A stretch of 63,938 nucleotides of DNA, filler included, from Reclinomonas americana ATCC 50394 (Eukaryota): the NCBI GenBank assembly GCA_048213135.1. It is 8 parts of 5 records of this genome, joined end to end, with 100 filler letters (N's around TTAATTAATTAA, not from the genome) between each part and the next. Parts side by side here need not be neighbours in the genome. Positions count along the whole stretch, not along the records: positions 62,340 to 63,938 come from PS015232.1; 7 more parts are not named here. One strand, given 5' to 3'. The notes under the pieces were generated by a model. It worked only from the letters and a program-made list of their open reading frames with translations, was not told the origin of the DNA and made no database searches. Positions 63,390 to 63,938 of the stretch are shown here, piece after piece. The translations under genes were made by a program, and so were the position numbers. Each line of letters begins with the position of its first letter. The stretch's first letter is position 1.

Positions 63390-63872
63390 AAAAAAAAGAG
63401 AGAGAATGCGTGTGAAGTTGATGAGTGTGTCTCTCTTTGTGTGTGTGCAAAAGAGAGTGCACGCGCGTGTCTTGTCTTGTGTGTGTGTGAGAGAGAGTGA
63501 CTAATGATGCGCTCTGTCTCTGCGTGTTTGTTGTGTTTTTATTAGGCACTTGCGCTTGTGGTTTGCTTCCAACTTGCGCGCATTATCGCGTTCAAGCATA
63601 GCATTATGAGGTTTCAAGTTGCGTTTTTTTTTTGTTTGTTTGCGTGAGAAGGAGTGTGTGAAAGGGGGGAGTGTGGGTGAGAGAGCAAGGGAAGTGGAGA
63701 GAGAGGAGAGAGGCATGTCGCGCGCTCTCTTTGCAGAGAGAGAAGGATGGAGAGGGAGGGTGAGAGAGTGAGAGAAGGAGAAGGAGAGAGGAGTGTGTGT
63801 GTGAAAGAGAGAGAGAGAGAGAGTGAGTGAGGGTATGTGATTGAGTTCGAATGAGTGAGAGTGAGAGAAAGA

Positions 63873-63938
<66 letters not shown>
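63390..63938. repeat. (GA)n/(GT)n microsatellite-rich tract; similar tracts at 16128-16300, 48040-48950, 49990-50460, 57780-57880 and 62340-62510
   Basis: Directly visible dinucleotide and polypurine runs. Confidence 0.9.

Overview
This is eukaryotic, intron-rich, GC-rich genomic DNA from a flagellated protist with mitochondria (IFT70/TTC30, BBS6/MKKS and STMP1 are present). It uses the standard genetic code. The window is not one locus: seven artificial 100-nt linkers (44 N + TTAATTAATTAA + 44 N) join eight scaffolds, and there are further internal N gaps. I reconstructed about 30 spliced genes by hand, some only partially. They include RPS7, STMP1, a divergent eEF2, a 7TM-RGS protein, an FG-GAP/NERD1-like protein, a giant ankyrin-TM protein, archaemetzincin, MKKS, NBP35, a GT31 glycosyltransferase, a U-box protein, a profilin-like protein, the Scc2/NIPBL C-terminus, TEN1, an EGF/laminin-repeat protein, a MIOX-like protein, a tandem WD40 array and IFT70. 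The main signal is a very frequent 'shifted' 5' splice-site class, GTT(G/T)(C/A/T)G(T). I traced about 28 such introns, roughly one in four to five, and they almost never have G at exon position -1. Other notable items are a MIOX homologue that lacks its metal ligands and has its two exons on opposite strands around an inverted repeat, an intronless WD40 array with HET-E-like hypervariable positions, and an eEF2 with an altered diphthamide loop. All family calls come from motifs recognised by eye; no database searches were run.
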